Below are positions 41,313-55,152 of a DNA stretch of 64,000 nucleotides, in pieces. The notes beneath the pieces are model-generated. The model worked only from the letters and a program-made list of their open reading frames with translations. It made no database searches and was not told the DNA's origin. This DNA comes from Octopus vulgaris (lineage: Eukaryota). How positions within the stretch are numbered: position 1 is the first letter of the stretch; every line of letters starts with the position of its first letter. The DNA lies in contig OX597821.1 of assembly GCA_951406725.2 (NCBI GenBank), forward strand, positions 15,934,001-15,998,000, given 5' to 3'. The translations under genes and the position numbers were made by a program.

Positions 41313-41618
41313 CCATTATTTACATTTGACGGATATTTGTCCTCATCTTCTTTGTTGCTTTTCGGCTGATATACCCTGAAGCCCACTTCATGGGAAATTT
41401 CGAACCTGGGTTCTCATTCTTAAGGTATTTTTCGATGTTATTATTATTATTATTATTATTCAGATCACCGCCTGGAATCGAACTCGGAATCTTGGGCTTA
41501 GTAGCCAGTGCCCTTAACCACATTGCCATATGCCCGTGGTCAAATATCCGTCAGATATCGATAATGTAAATAATATAAATAATGTACATAATTCCTCATC
41601 TCTTAAATATAGAACTGT
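41313..41618 (-). mobile_element. tRNA-headed short element with (TAA)n spacer, hammerhead-remnant body and an inverted copy of its tail
   Basis: Minus strand 41535-41461: A-box TGGCAATGTGGTTAAGG, B-box GAGTTCGATTCC; body shared with 4073-4225; caaatatccgtca...atgtaaataat present in both orientations (41314-41340 and 41541-41585). Confidence 0.8.
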
Positions 41619-42944
41619 TTGTATGAGTCGTTGCCCATATGCTTCTGCGAGAGTGAGCATGTAAGTGTGTGCATGTGAGTGTGTGCATGTGAGAGTGTGT
41701 GTGTGTGAGTGTGTAAACGTGTGCACGTGAGCCTGTTATAAGTTAACCTACATAAAATATGTTGGAGAAAACAATGAATGCCTGTATTATTGCAACTTTT
41801 TGTATAATGCTCTTTCGCAGCTTTTCTTAATATCAATATAATTAACACTGCTGTTCTTCAGATTATGTATGCACGTTTTTATGTACATAGTTATATACAT
41901 GCACACACTGACTCACACAAACACATGTAATTATTTGTAGGATTCAGTTGAATCAAAGTATTTGAAAATTCAGGACTCCAAGTGAAGGTTGAAATCTGTA
42001 CATCTATGTATAATCCATATACAAAAACATTAGTACGCATCCATGCACAGACAGACATATCCATGCACTTACAAATAATGTACATATACATGTATGTGTA
42101 ATCATCTGAAGTTACGACATATAAACCGCTTATTTAATCATTTCTCATATCTAATGCATATATTAAATAATATAAATCTGCATACACTAGACCTGGTCAC
42201 AATCAATGTATAGTATTTTCCCCAGAGATTAATAAAACTATTGGATTCACTAAGGCTACAGATACTGCCATTTATAATGACAAGCATCCATCTGGAGGTT
42301 ACAGCAAACAGGGAAATATAAATAAAAACAAAATAAGAATGATAAGAAGTAGATTCTAATATCTTAAATAATGGTCTTATAAATGGCAGTGATAGCAGTA
42401 AGTGATAACAAGGATACAAATAGCAAATCACAAGCTAAGTACTATGGTGAAATTTCGACCTGCGTCACAACCGCAACAGGTAATGGAAGAAATGGGCTTG
42501 CAAATTATAATTATTCGGATATCTCCACTAATTATCGTTACCGTCAATATAATAGCAATAGAAGTCCAGTGATCTATCAAGATGATGACGTAATTTGGTA
42601 CAAACCTCCTTCGAGTTACGTAACCGCTATCTAGCTTTCTGCAAACACTTTTGATTAGTTTGAAAAGAAGTAGCACCAGATATTTATTTAAAGGAATATA
42701 AAATATAAACTCTTATTCTACTTTACTTAACCTTGTGGATATTATGGCATATATTAAATAAGCAAAATGTTACTTTAGCCCGGGAGTATCATCGGAATAA
42801 AATAATTAGAAGTATGAATGCTTGGTGAATTGGTGATACGATTTATACAGCCCTAAATTGTAACGGATATAATAACGAAAATGGTAACGTTGGTCGAAAC
42901 ACATTGGAACTTAACTGCAATAACAGGAACGGTAGTAATTGCAA

Positions 42945-43054
42945 TAATAATGATAATAATAATGATAATAATAATAATGATAATAATAATGATAATAATA
43001 ATAATTATGATAATAATAATAATAATGATAATGATATTAATGGTAATAATAATG

Positions 43055-43086
<32 letters not shown>

Positions 43087-43094
43087 AATGATAC

Positions 43095-43159
<65 letters not shown>

Positions 43160-43160
43160 T
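42945..43160. repeat. (AAT/GAT)n trinucleotide microsatellite
   Basis: Direct reading. Confidence 0.97.
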
Positions 43161-43440
43161 TTGCAATAAGGAGAAGTCTATCGATATCATTGTTACTTCT
43201 ATAAATAATGGCAATAATAGCTCATAGCGATGTCGCACTGATGATTGTCGTAATAACGATAATGGGACTGTTGAATTATGTGTGTGTATGTCTGTGTGTA
43301 AATTTGTAAGTGTATGCGTATGTGAATGTGTGCGCATGTCTATGTAGAGTATATATGTAAGTGTATATGAGTATATATATGTATTTATATTTGTTTGAGT
43401 GTATATATATATATATATGTATATTTGTTTTTGTGTATGT

Positions 43441-43472
<32 letters not shown>

Positions 43473-43868
43473 ATATATATACATAGATGCACACACACAC
43501 ACACACAATACATATATGTGTGTATATGTTTACATACATAAATGCATGTAAAGGAGACTAGTACGAGTGTATGTAAGTATATGTTATTCGAATGTACCCA
43601 TTACATTTGTTACATGAGTCAGTAATGTTTGTCTTTTCGGTTTCTGGACACATATTGACTATATTACGCTGATAACCTTCAATCTAGCCATTTTGTCTCT
43701 TCTCTCAATTTCGTTTTCTCTTTCCTACTCTTATCGTTTACCTCTGACCCTTTATCTGGTCCCATTTAAAGAAATAATTGAATATGACACTAACAGTTGA
43801 TTGTTTTTTACCCCATACTCTTATGAAATTTTTGGCTGCTAAATCTGGCTAACATTCGGTATTGTATT

Positions 43869-44130
43869 ATTCTTTTACTTATTTCAGTCATTTGACTTCG
43901 GCCATGCTGGAGCACCGCATTAAAGAGTTTTAGATGAAGAAATTAACCCCAATATTTATTCTTTGTAAGCCGAGCACTTATTCCATCAAACTATTTTCTC
44001 GAACTGCTAAGTTACGGGGACATAAACACAACTGCATCAGTTGTCAAGCTATGTCTGGCACTTGACCAAGATTCCATGCAGTGGGACTGAACCAAGAAGC
44101 ATCTGGTTTGAAAGCTAACTGTTTAGTACA
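43869..44130 (-). mobile_element. SINE family 1, internally deleted
   Basis: tcttttacttatttcagtcatttgacttcggccatgctggagcaccgc tail; gcagtgggactgaacc B-box region. Confidence 0.75.
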
Positions 44131-45706
44131 CAAATATTTTTATGAATATTTGAATATGTTTACTCGTAACTTTTTGTAAAACCAGTGGTAATTGTGTACG
44201 ATATCATGTATGCAATATTTAGATGTATAATACACTTATATATCCTAAACGTTTAACTATTTATACTTTTACAATCCTGTAAACTCGAATTCTTTTAATT
44301 TTAACCCACGCGATTAATTCATTGTACTTTTCAGGTGTATGTGAATATGTGACTAGATATTCTAACTTGTTCTAAGTCCAACAAATTATATATGTCAATG
44401 TCAAAAATATTACGCAATAATAATACAATGTTTGTTTAAGTGTTTGCAATAGAAATCCTTTGTTTGGATTCAATATATCTTTTGAAATCATCGCACGTAT
44501 CTTCAAATTGCATCATTTATTCAGTATTTTTATAAAGTTAGATAGTCAGTTAAATTCTTTACAAGCCGTAATTGTGAGTTCTGTTCTATTAAATTTAGCT
44601 ATACCTGTACTGTTTATGTATTAACGTAATTTATGCCTAAACATTTGAGCTTGAATATATTTACTTCTATTTTTTTATTTTTAGATTGTATATATTTTTA
44701 ATAAGAAAATTAAGATTTACAATATATGCATAGCGGGTAAATTTAAATGCAGATTATACATTCAGTCCTCATTCCTCGATTTACGCACCTGACACATTTT
44801 TCTTGACATTTTCTAAATATCTTTACACAATTTAGAGTGAGTAAAAACATTTCCGATATGGTATGGTTACAGTAATAGCAGATAATACACGATGTTGATT
44901 CATCTAACTTTTATTTCTATTTCGTTGAGTGATATAACTTAAGTGAGCATTGTATTATTTTTTTATATGTAATACATTAATTCACATTAAAGAATGCCAA
45001 TATCTCCCAAGATACAGGATGTTGCAAGATAATTTTTTGTTGCATCTAAAATGTATTTTTGGTCAGATAACACTACAGTATTTTTAATGTGTTTTGCATT
45101 TGTTTCTTTGTAAAAGAAACAATTTTAATGGAATTTCAAGAAAGAGATGCGAGAAAAGATTCATAGTCGTGAAAAACAAGGTAACACTTCCTTTGCAAAT
45201 ATTTCGTAGTTTAGTGAAAATTCTCTTACTTAAAATCCATTAGAGGATAAAGTTACGCGGGATTTTTTTTTTGTGAAATGAAATTGAATAAAGCATTTAC
45301 TAATTATAATTACAATGATGACAATTATCACTCAAATATTCATGAGCTAATCGAACCACAGAAATATTATTTTTCTAATCTATTAGTTTCTGTGCCGAAA
45401 AAAGATGTCTATCTTGAATAACAAAACAAACGCTATCGGAATAAATAGCGTACTTGGGAAAACGGGAGAGAGAGAGAGAGACTGATTGTGTGTGTGTGTG
45501 TGTATGATTGCAAGATATGCGTGCTTTCTTTGTTTACATTCTGTATTCCACATTCAAGAGTGAATACCTAGAGAAGAAAGATCTTCAAATAAATTTATTG
45601 CTCCTATTTTGTTTTGTGCTATCCCGATAAAATGAATACTTCTAACTGATTGTATAATTACATTGAAAAAATATCTATGTACAAATAACATCTACCTGAA
45701 TAGATT

Positions 45707-45745
<39 letters not shown>

Positions 45746-46833
45746 CGGAATTAAAATCTTAATCAGCTTAGTTCAGTGTAAGAAAGCGGGATAAATAATA
45801 TAAATATCTTGTAAAGGTGAAAAGTCTACCATAATCAGCCATGTCATCAGCTAGTTAACGGTCAGCATATATTTGTCGAGCTACAATATGAAGGAATAAA
45901 ATATAATAATCGAAAAAAATGCTTTCATTTTTATTTCTACTTTTTTTAAAATAAAGTTTTATGGAACATTCCACATTAAACTGTCAAGCAAAACACTTAA
46001 TCTATATATTGGGATATCTAGATATTTTGATTAATAAATCGAAATATTTTATCACTACTAATGTAAATTTAAATATCTGGTATAAAATGAATGCTTTTAG
46101 CGAATCTCCAAAATATACATATGAATAAATTCATACAAATATTACCTCTTATTTGCTCACTTGTATTGTCGATTTTGTATAATATTTAGAATCTTTATGT
46201 CTTCCATGATAATTATATCAGAAATGGCCTTTTTTTATAAAAACATATGCAAACTTGCCAAATATATTAGACTCTATTGATTTCTAAGACATTACCCTTT
46301 GACCATATAATATAAGTTTCGCTATTTTACAATCAAGCAATTATTACTCGAATTACTAACACCTTAACATATTTGACATTACTATCTATACCAATAGAAA
46401 ATTTCAAATGAAAAATGGTGTAATAGGGCTGTAAAGTTTTACCACGTAGCTGAAATATAAATGGTTCGGAGAATAAGCGCGGAAGAAATAAAAAATTATG
46501 TGAAAGTGTTTGGAGCAATGGATGAATATGTAATGAACATAGGATGAGGTCAGTTTGCTATTAAGCAATATTGCAGATACAAGGAAAGGCTGTGAACTGG
46601 TAGTAGAAAAATAGATTAAAATTTCGGCATACGATTTCGAAGAGAGGGTTAGTTGAATCCGTCACTATCTGCAAACCTGACTTATACAATATTTTATCGT
46701 AGGTGAAAAATTGAAATGCCAACGCGTTGGGTTACGCATTCACAATATTAAAAATCAGAAATGCCTCTAAGAAATTTGGCAGATGATGTAAATAACCGTC
46801 CCTGTCCTGCGCCCAGAGAATCAGAGGGATTGT

Positions 46834-46868
<35 letters not shown>

Positions 46869-47685
46869 AAATAATAGTAAAAATAATATATAATTATACT
46901 AACACGAGTATAATAAAAAGTAAAGTTTAAATTATAATAATACAATGAAAAAAGTATAAGAAATAAATATTAACAATTCTTTGCTAATCTGTTTTGATTT
47001 GTAATTACTCTGCATTTAAAAACTATTTTATGCACGCTGCACGGAATGATAACATACACAAACGTTTGGATAATGGAAAATTCTTCATGCGGACACAGCT
47101 TGGATTATAACCCTATCTACATACTATAGGAAGTTTAATTTGTTTCTCCAAAATCTCTGTTAATTAGAATAATAAATACGATTATTATAATGACTGAATT
47201 TCCTTATTAATTAATGTAAAGATATTAGTCATATAATCTTTCCGTTATAATTTTAATATTAGCGTTACAACATCTACTAGTTCTTCGATACTTTTTGAAG
47301 TGTAAACATTTAGGTTTCAATCTAGTATTTTACTCCAGAAGTCATTTTTTATGTCTTTATATTAATTACTGATACTATATGCATCATTCTAAATTGATAA
47401 GTTTCTTTTCATATCCCTTAGAAGCGAAATATAGATGTGTGTGTGTGTGACGTTTTACCTTATTTACATTGAACTGATTTAACAAGTTCTTCCACTTTGA
47501 ACTTTTTTTATTACTTTTTGTCTTAATATATATGTGTTTACCTTTCTTATTGAATCTAACTAAATCCTACTATTCTTCTGTGCCAAAATATAGATAAAAG
47601 AGTATATTTTTTGTCATCTTTCCACAGCCACTTCCCGATACTCCTCTTTCCTTTTCATACACTCTTCTCACATCTCTCTCTCTTG

Positions 47686-47733
<48 letters not shown>

Positions 47734-48367
47734 TACATGCAATTATACATACATACAAATTGCATTCAATCGTTAAATGAAGAGTGTATGTGGGTGATAA
47801 AAACAAAACTTGACCTGAATCCACCTAAACGTTCCGCGACCTGCATCACGTCACCAAATTGAAATATAAATGCAAAACAAATACGTTACATACACTATAC
47901 ATATATATTTGTGTGTGTGGAGAGAGTGAAAGTGAGCTATAGAGATAGAAAATGAAAGAAAGAGAGAGTATTAAAGTAATTGCATTTTTCCATTAAATTT
48001 CGAATAAATCTTTTCTAGAAAAAAAGATTAATTGAAAAAGGTTGATTAAATTCTATTGATTGGAATTCACCTGTTCCAATCTGTTTACCGCAGCGAGTTT
48101 ATGTTTTTAGGCATCCATCTCCATCTATGTATTCTAACCTGTCAACGTGTATATATGTATATGTCTGACCTTTTGTGTTTGTCGATGTGCCAGCACGTCT
48201 ACCAATATATGTATTTTCATCTCTATAAGTTATGATAACTATTTTTGTTTGCTTTTCTTTCATTCATGAATGACATACAGATTGTGTCTTTCGAACTGTG
48301 TACATCAGAAATGCATGCCTTTCTATATTTCTTCTCCACTTTGTAGTACTGTTTCTTTTTCTTTCAT

Positions 48368-48520
48368 ATCGACCCCAGTGCGTAACTGGTAGTTATTTAA
48401 TCGACCCCGAAAGGATGAAAGGCAAAGTCGACCTCAGCGGAATTTGAACTCAGAACGTAGCGGCAGGCGAAATACGGCTACTCATTTCACTCGGCGTGCT
48501 AACGATTCTGCCAATTCGAC
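48368..48520 (-). mobile_element. SINE family 2
   Basis: atcgaccccgaaaggatgaaaggcaaagtcgacctcagcggaatttgaactcagaacg. Confidence 0.8.
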
Positions 48521-50893
48521 GCAGCAACCGATATCAAAATGCTCTTGTGCTTGAGGCATTAGATTTTTTTAGTGTTTGGGTGTGTTTTTTTAGATAGGGA
48601 AATAAAATATTTACCAGAATTACAGTACTTATTTTTTCAAAAATATGTAACAATCTTTAAAATACTGGTCTGAAGTAGACTATAAGAAGGATATTCTTTT
48701 ACCAATGGTTATAACAGGACTGAGGGCCCAAAGTACTTTCAAAATTTAAATAATGAATATTTTGTCCACAAAATTTCTAAAAGAAGGCACATTCAGCATA
48801 AGATTATCTAAGAAGAGAGGCTTCTTATAGGATGGACGAAAACTCCGTTTGTCCTCGCTAAAATTCTTCTCCTGTTCTTTGTTATTCCCGTTGCAATATT
48901 TAAAGTCGGACGTTTCTAAACGGAATTCGCTGAAAGACCTGAGCTACAAAATTTTGTAGCAATATTAAATCTCCATCATACGCGCCTTTATAATTAAATA
49001 ACAAGTGCTATGTAACCTTAAACCGATACAAAGTGATGGAATATTCACTTTTGGAACACGTTTGATTATACTTGTGTTCGATCAATGGTGAACAACATCA
49101 ACTAATCTCTATATTTCCTGATTAAAAGAACACTTCAGTAAATATTGTCGGCAGGTTCAATGAATCTAAATGTTACGAAAGTTTTATCAAGTTTAAATAC
49201 ATATAGATTAAGAATATATATACCTATACATATACATATATATATATATATATATATATGTGATAAAAAGTTTTTAGAATGTTGGATGATTATATATATA
49301 TGTTTTATTATTTACATTCCATTTACACTTTCAGCGCTTTCTTCCGTTATCGGATTTATATATATATATATATATATATATGGTTGTTCATCTTTTAGTC
49401 TACTGAGAAAAAGTTGCATGAAAATTCGATTTATGCATTTGAATCGGTATTTAATTAAATTGGCAATTAATTTAATATTCATATACCAAACAGATTTTCC
49501 TTTTCAGATTTCACTGCAAATTATTATTAGTTGCTGACATGTTATGTACTAGATCTAAAATGTAGGTCAATCCTTACCATTTTGGGATTTTGTTTTGCTT
49601 TCGTAATCGACAGAAGATATCCGTAATGATGGTAAATCCTAACACTTGCCGTAATAAAGATCATGTTGTCAATGGAAAATACGATATTGTTGGGATAACG
49701 TGTGTAATTAACTGGGTTTCGAGTTGTTGAAGGAGACAAAATTTAGAGAGTGCCTTTCTCAACTGTTTCCAATCTGCTTGAAAATTTTGAGTTTCATTTC
49801 GGATATTGATGGGTTGTATCTACAAGAATATCATGGACAGGGGTGAATCAATGGAAATGGGCATACGGGATAAATAAAAAATTAAAGCATTTCTAACAGT
49901 TGAAAGATTATCAACGAGTATCCACTAAAAGATAACACTTAACATTAGAGATGCATAAAGAAATGAAAAAAACAAATAACTATCTGCGAATTGCAGTGAT
50001 ATATGTTATAAATCTGTAAATGAATATGAACTTGAATAAAGGAGGATTAAGATAAACACTCGAACGATACGCTTGAGTGTTTTTCCATTGATGTGTAAAT
50101 AAGAGCTCAGAAGCAAGAGTTTCTAAAACAGCATATCTCATTCGCATTTTCGAATCAGCTCTCACCATTACGCCATATTTGACAGTTGTTATAATAATCC
50201 CGGAATTAACTGTGCATGTAATAATCTATTGTTAGGTAAATTACTAGACTCTAGTACTATCATGCACCAGTAAAACTCGAATCATACTCGTTCGTTACTG
50301 AATAAATCAGACGTCCTTCCGGTTTACCTACGAGGCTGTGAAGTGTGTTTTGGACACCAGTATGGTAAGAAATAAAGCGTAAAACCTCTAACAAAACCTC
50401 AACTTCTAGCCGCAGTCAAACAAGAAGCATTTCCTTTCAGGTTCCCATCTTACTGAAATACACAGCAGGGATTTTAACTGAATGAAGCAAAGTGTTGGGA
50501 TAAGTGCAAAAATGCAAATGTAGCTCTGGCGCCAGTAACCAACAGATTTACTAATGTAATGTGATGTTACAATATCGGTAATGGAAGTAAATATTTCCTG
50601 CAGCCGAACGAATGAAATGACAAATACACTGAACACAAACATTAACATATTGAGTAAGAATATACAGTTGTATTTATATGTAGAGTTATACATACTTAAA
50701 CGTATATAATTAGTGTAATACAATGATCTACTTTCAAATTAATCTGAGAGGTGCTAAGCCTCTTTTGACTATCAATTCAATTAGGTTTCTTTGAATGATG
50801 TTCATATCCTGGCATATTCTAATCGATAGATTATTTCCTTGAACTTGGGATTCTCATATTATATTGACATCAACCTGCTCATGATGAAAGAAA

Positions 50894-51183
50894 TTGTGGC
50901 CGTTACCAGCGCCGCCTCGACTGGCTTCTGTGCCGGTGGCATATAAAAAGCGCCATCCAAACGTGGCCGATGCCAGCTCCGCCTTGGCTGGCTTCCGTGC
51001 CGGTGGCACGTTAAAAGCACCCACTACACTCGTGGAGTGGCTGGTGTTAGGAAGGGCATCCAGCTGTAGAAACTCTGCCAGATCAGACTGGAGCCTGGTG
51101 CAGCCCCTGGCTTCCCAGACCCCGGTCGAACCGTCCAACCCGTGCTAGCGCGGAAAACGGACGTTAAACGATAATGATGATGA
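50894..51183 (+). mobile_element. SINE or LINE 3' part with Meta-like domain, ~67-bp tandem duplication and (TGA)n tail
   Basis: Two gtggccg..ccag..ctggctt..gtgccggtggca units; ggtgttaggaagggcatccagctgtagaaac (recalled Meta-domain-like); ends ggacgttaaacgataatgatgatga. Confidence 0.7.
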
Positions 51184-51682
51184 ATGTTTTCAAAAGTTGC
51201 TTGTAAGAATAGTGTGCATCTTATTTTTAATCATACAGTAAATATTTTGAGATTACGGCAAAATAATTTCATACATATTTTTATTTATATTCATTGTAAA
51301 AAAAACACGGTAATGCAGTTGAACTTACAGACATCTAATTACCTGGCAATATAACATTGTATTCTCAAATCTATATTTATTTAAATTAATTCTCAAATCA
51401 CTTTGGTTTTAATGTATGTGCGAATGTCAGCTATGTACAGCGGTATGAAAGCAATGAAAGAATATAACTATTATAAGTATATATTCATTATCAGAACTTA
51501 TAGATCCTACAAGGGATTAAGTAAAATTAACATGGCTACTGTATATTCTGTTAAGAACGACGTATATTGAGATAGTTTCACAAAGAAATGGGTGATTATT
51601 CAGAGGTTTCGAGCAAACCGCTTCGACGAAGAAAAAAAATGTTTAAATGTGTGTTTCTCTGCTTTCGAAATAGCTATTCCTA

Positions 51683-51755
51683 AATATTTCGGCATCTAGG
51701 GTGCCTTCCACAGGTTCAAAATTACATGTCAGCTAGATGCCGAAATATTGTTCAA
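51683..51755. repeat. 17-bp inverted repeat made of two opposed partial hammerhead motifs
   Basis: aatatttcggcatctag (51683-99) / ctagatgccgaaatatt (51733-49). Confidence 0.75.
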
Positions 51756-51799
51756 CAAATTTCACATGATATGGCACTCTTCTATTTATTTGTTAATAA

Positions 51800-52923
51800 T
51801 AATAGTAATAATATATAAATATACATAAAACCAGAGTTTTAGAGACGGATAAATCTTGTAAATCAATATTTATTCTACGAATATGCCTATAGTTGCTCGA
51901 AAGAAGGTACTGGTAGTATATATTACTTTTCATATATTTATGATTACGCAAAGGAAATATATATAATTTATATATAATGACAATATATAATAACTCCTCT
52001 CATTTATTTATTGTAATTGATATAAAGATTAATCAAAGTAACTAACAAATAATAGACCTGAATTGCAAAGTTTATCTTAGGGAAAACTCAGTAAATTAAA
52101 ATAAATAAAAAACATGGGTGTACGATAATTATAATCTATATTATTTCTTAGATAAAGATATAATCAACTGTAAATAAAAAATATTGTGTACCTAAAAATG
52201 TTTCCCTCATGTCTAAAATATAGCTACTTTATTTATAAATATATAAAATTTGACATACAAGGATAACCTAAACTTTGACATACAAAATAAACTGAGCAAT
52301 TTGGTATTTATTCTAGGAATAATCTTTATGTAAATATGAAATAATTAGATTACTGTAGTTCTTATATATAATTATGTATTTTTGAATAATCGTAAATATA
52401 TCTATTAACAAACTAAGTTCAATAATTTTAATAATTTGTATAATATTGTATACTTTAGAGCTTCTATACATATTGCAATACTCAAATTTTGTTACTTCTG
52501 AAATTTAGATATATATTTAGACATATATTTCTTATTTATAGTATATTATCTCTTTAACTTTAATACAGATTATAATTATCGTACATCCATGTTTTTGTTT
52601 TAATTTACGGAGTTCTACCTTCGATAAACCACCTAAATAAGGGCCATTATTTGCTAGTAACTTTGAATAATCTTTATATCAAAATGAATAAATATATGAG
52701 AGGTGTTATTATATATTATCATTATGTATAATTTATATATTTTTAATGAATAATCATAGATATATGAAAAGTAGAATATATGAATAAATAGTTTGTTGAT
52801 ATACTAGAAATACGTTCTTTCGAACATCTATTGTCATATTTATAGAATAAATATTGATTTACATGATTTATCCTCTCTAAAAGTAAGTAAACCTCTGATA
52901 TTTTATTTATTTATATATTTAGA

Positions 52924-52925
<2 letters not shown>
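51800..52925. repeat. Old fold-back element with ~390-bp diverged inverted arms
   Basis: aacatgggtgtacgataattataatct vs agattataattatcgtacatccatgtt; gtaaatcaatatttattcta vs tagaataaatattgatttac. Confidence 0.8.
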
Positions 52926-52954
<29 letters not shown>

Positions 52955-53540
52955 GCGTTTGCACAGCTTCTAACGCTGGAGATGTACTACAGTGTCAACT
53001 GTTCACTACCAGTGAACTAAGGTAACACCTCTTATTTTTCGAGCATCTTCCGGAGTATACGAGTGGTTCCTAGCAGTGCAGTTTTCTGCAAGTGCTTCAC
53101 CCTTATTGTTCCATGTACCCCTCGAGATTTTTGCTCATTGTTCCCAGGGCTCCAACAATTATTGGTACTACTGTTACCTTTTTCTTCGACCACAACTGCT
53201 TAACTTCCCCAGCTAACCTCTCATAGCTCTCGACTTTTCTTTCTTCCTTATCGCATACCTTGTTGTCAGCTGGGCATGCTATATCTATGATCCATCACAG
53301 TTTGTTTCCTTTCCCATTTAAGACTATGTCTGTCTTCCTATTCTCTGGCTTATGGTCGCACTAAATCATAAAATCCCATAGGATCTTTGAATTTTTATTT
53401 TCGACGATGTCTTCGGGTTTGTGGACGTAAAAATCTTTACTCTGTCAAATCCATACTGGTTGCAGAGTGTCCAATGGACATGATTGGCTATATTATAGTA
53501 GCGTCTCTTATATTACTTCTCGGCTAGTGGCGTACATGTA
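52925..53540 (-). mobile_element. Dong/R4-type LINE 3' end (RLE domain + 3' UTR) ending in (TAA)n
   Basis: Minus strand: KILWDFMI*CDH...WIIDIACPADNKVCDKEERKVESYERLAGEVKQLWSKKKVTVVPIIVGALG...LQKTALLGTTRILRKMLEK*; (TAA)n at 52925-52954. Confidence 0.85.
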
Positions 53541-53669
53541 TTTCAAATGCAAATGTTCACGCTTCTAAACACATCTTGAATCAATATTACGCAATCTGGC
53601 ATTCGTTTTATATGGAATTTCGTCCGTTTTTTTAACTAAGGCCCTGAAGAGATTTCTATGCATAGATAT

Positions 53670-53772
53670 GGGCGACTAGTGTTCTTCTATAAACAACCTT
53701 GCCCGGACTTGTGCCTCGAAGGGTAACTTTCTAGGTGCAATCCCATGGTCAGTCATGACCGAAGGGGGTCTG
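53670..53772 (+). mobile_element. Short interspersed-repeat 3' fragment
   Basis: GC-rich aaacaaccttgcccggacttgtgcctcg...catgaccgaagggggtc, recalled as a cephalopod SINE tail; single copy here. Confidence 0.35.
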
Positions 53773-53774
53773 AG

Positions 53775-53831
<57 letters not shown>

Positions 53832-54574
53832 TATATATGTTTGTATGTATGTATACATAAATTAATATACAAAATTTCACCTAGCATAAAATCCAGATGC
53901 AATATATTACATGTTAATGAATAAATAGTTTTCAGTTTTCACATTTAGGTATTTATCTGCTACTACAATATGCATATCATGCCAAACTATCATTAGCTAT
54001 AAGGTATTTTTAATAAACTCAATTGTTGGTAGATGATTTTTTTCTGCATAAATGACATTACAGATCGCAGAAATCCTGCGTGTTACCAATCATTAAGATA
54101 TTCGATAAAATGTCGCTCATAGTTAAAATACATTGCTTAAAATTGTTTTGTATATCGTATAAAGAAGCCATATATTATTCCGTTACTGATGCAGCCAGTT
54201 TGTCCGCTGATTACTGAACATAGGACTACAACACTTATTGCAGCTCCTCAGTTCACTCTGTTATAGCGTAGCTGCTGCCATCAGATTTTAAATCAGGTAA
54301 TTAATTATTTGCTTCCAGAAAAGAAGGTGGTGGGAAAATGAATGGTGAGTGGAATAAAAAAAATGATGAAATATATTGTGAATTTATGTCTCATTATAAG
54401 ATAAAATTAGGCACAACCGTCAGAAGAGACAAACGTAATAACAGATCGTAATGCATTCAAACGCTCTATAGGCTTCGTCTCTACATAAATTTTACACGTG
54501 TTAAACACACACACACTCACACACAAACACACATGCGCGCGCACGAAATTATGCAAACCACAGCGTTTTTTTTC

Positions 54575-54705
54575 CCTTTCCGTCTATCAAATCCAGCCGG
54601 CCGAAACCTATACTACAATACACCATCCCAATGTGCTACACAGTGGGACTGAACTTGAGACCATGTGGTTAGCAAGCAGCCTTTTTAAGACACACCCATG
54701 GCTAA
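54575..54705 (-). mobile_element. SINE family 1 head fragment
   Basis: cagtgggactgaacttgagaccatgtggttagcaagc. Confidence 0.6.
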
Positions 54706-54854
54706 GGATGCATACATACACACATATACATATCCATATAATGTATATCTGTGTGTGTCTCTCTCTCTGTGAATGTATATATGTGTACATTTATATACAT
54801 GTGTATATATATGTGTGTGTGCACGCGCGCGCGTGTGTGTGTGCATGTATACAC

Positions 54855-55022
54855 TTTTACTCTCTTTTACTTCTCCCGATCCTTTTGACTGCGGCTATGC
54901 TGGAGCACCGCGTTTAGTCGAGCAAATCGACACCAGGACTTATTCTTTGTAAGTCTAGTACACACCAGCATCGGTTGTCAAACGATGTTGGGGGGAGAAA
55001 CACAGACACAATTATACCCCCC

Positions 55023-55059
<37 letters not shown>

Positions 55060-55152
55060 GACGGGTTTCTTTCAGTGTCCGTCTACGAAATCCATTCACA
55101 AAGCTTTGGTCGGCCCGAGGCTATAGTAGAAGACACTTGTTCAAGGTGCCAC
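54855..55152 (-). mobile_element. SINE family 1, 5'-truncated
   Basis: Reverse complement of the family 1 body and tail (tgactgcggctatgctggagcaccg; agtagaagacacttg). Confidence 0.8.

Noticed and set aside
41461-41535. Functional tRNA gene
   Set aside because: A/B boxes are present but there is no clean acceptor stem; it is the head of a repeat element
42881-43227. Poly-I/M and poly-N/D ORFs
   Set aside because: Translation of the (AAT)n microsatellite
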